64,000 bases of DNA from the human T2T-CHM13v2.0 reference genome, Homo sapiens, in the NCBI RefSeq assembly GCF_009914755.1, contig NC_060929.1; one strand, 5' to 3'. A model generated the notes under the pieces. It did not search any database. It saw only the letters and a program-made list of their open reading frames with translations, and was not told the origin of the DNA. Positions 62,762-64,000 of the stretch are shown piece after piece (position 1 is the first letter of the stretch; every line of letters starts with the position of its first letter). The position numbers and the translations under genes are program-made.

Positions 62762-62807
62762 ACCTCTCTGGGCGGTTCGAGACCCGCGGGAGCTCTCCAG
62801 TCCTTTT
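62762..62807 (+). repeat. Tandem duplicate of the vault RNA 3' 46 nt (second B box and terminator)
   Basis: 42/46 identical to 62716-62761. Confidence 0.9.
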
Positions 62808-63752
62808 CACTGCTGAAGTTCAGCTCCCTTTCCATGGTAAAAGGAATCAGGGCTCCTCGGAGAAATGGCTGATTTTAGTACTGGGCAGGAAATATAGAAA
62901 TGGACGTGGAGCATCTCGTAGAGCTAGAAAGTAAGGAAATGCTTAAAAACCAAGAACAACCAAACTCAACTTTTAAAGTTTTTTCAATGTTTAGTATGTT
63001 CATGTGTTTGTTCTAACAGTTGCCTGTATACTTGTATCTTCTCGCCCTTTTTTACTGAGGCCCACAGGATTTTTTTCTTTCAAATCTAATGGATGTTCTA
63101 AGATATACCTTAGACTTGATCATTCCATATAAGTTTTCCTAGGTTTCCTTTCGATATGTAGACCCAATTTTTTTTTATTATAGTTTTGAAGATTACATCG
63201 GTTCCATTATTTTATTCTTCTTCAGGGACTGCAATGTATGTTGGATCTTTGCCTCTATACCACTTTCTCTCTGATCCTTTGAATTGCTTTCTTGATTTTA
63301 TTTTTATTTTATTGGCTGTTTTAATGCCTTTCCTCAATACCAGTTATTATATTTTAAGTAAAAGTTTTTCCTCTTTGGAAAAGCTTTCCTTATGATTTAG
63401 TTTTCTTTTCAGAGATTTTTTTTCTTCCATATCTCCTGCTTTTTTACAAACTGCTTATTTTGTTCTTTGTCCATTTCTGTTCTGAGTTATTTTTCTGATT
63501 CATGGCATTTTTTTCATGTTACCAAATGATTGCTTAAGGTTATCTAATTTAGGTTGAAGTACTGTGTTTCAGTTTTCTGGTTTCATGGTTAGTTTTCAAA
63601 AAAATATTGATTTTCACTTAACCTTTTTCTATATACCATGTCTGCAATTTTCTGTGCATTTTGAAATATTTTATTTTCCAGTTTCAGCAATTACAAATGA
63701 GGCAGTAGTTTGGGTGCCTTACCAGCTTTCTTACTTGAAGAGTGCCCTCTTA

Positions 63753-64000
<248 letters not shown>

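Noticed and set aside
62762-62807. A second vault RNA gene or tRNA
   Set aside because: It has no A box or 5' half and no cloverleaf; it is only a 3' duplicate.

Overview
Human (primate) genomic DNA, recognisable as the gene-dense 5q31.3 block. In order: IK/RED (+, exons 3-20 only), WDR55 (+), DND1 (-), HARS1 (-) and HARS2 (+) head-to-head on a shared promoter, ZMAT2 (+), and the Pol III vault RNA gene VTRNA1-1 (+). I traced all exons by hand. The five complete genes give intact reading frames (WDR55 383 aa, DND1 353 aa, HARS1 509 aa, HARS2 506 aa, ZMAT2 199 aa). Introns are packed with Alus and older repeats, and most ORFs in the supplied track are Alu or antisense artefacts. I see no new gene system. 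The most unusual details are: (1) a ~82 bp copy of the HARS2 intron 9/exon 10 junction inserted into the linker of an Alu inside the HARS2 minor intron; (2) a minor-spliceosome (U12) intron in IK with rare AT-AT termini; (3) a shared U12 intron and alignable intron sequence in HARS1/HARS2; (4) a 46 bp tandem duplication of the vault RNA 3' half behind a weak T4 terminator; (5) probable overlapping 3' ends of WDR55, DND1 and HARS1. Repeat family names come from recalled consensus sequences, and repeat boundaries are approximate.
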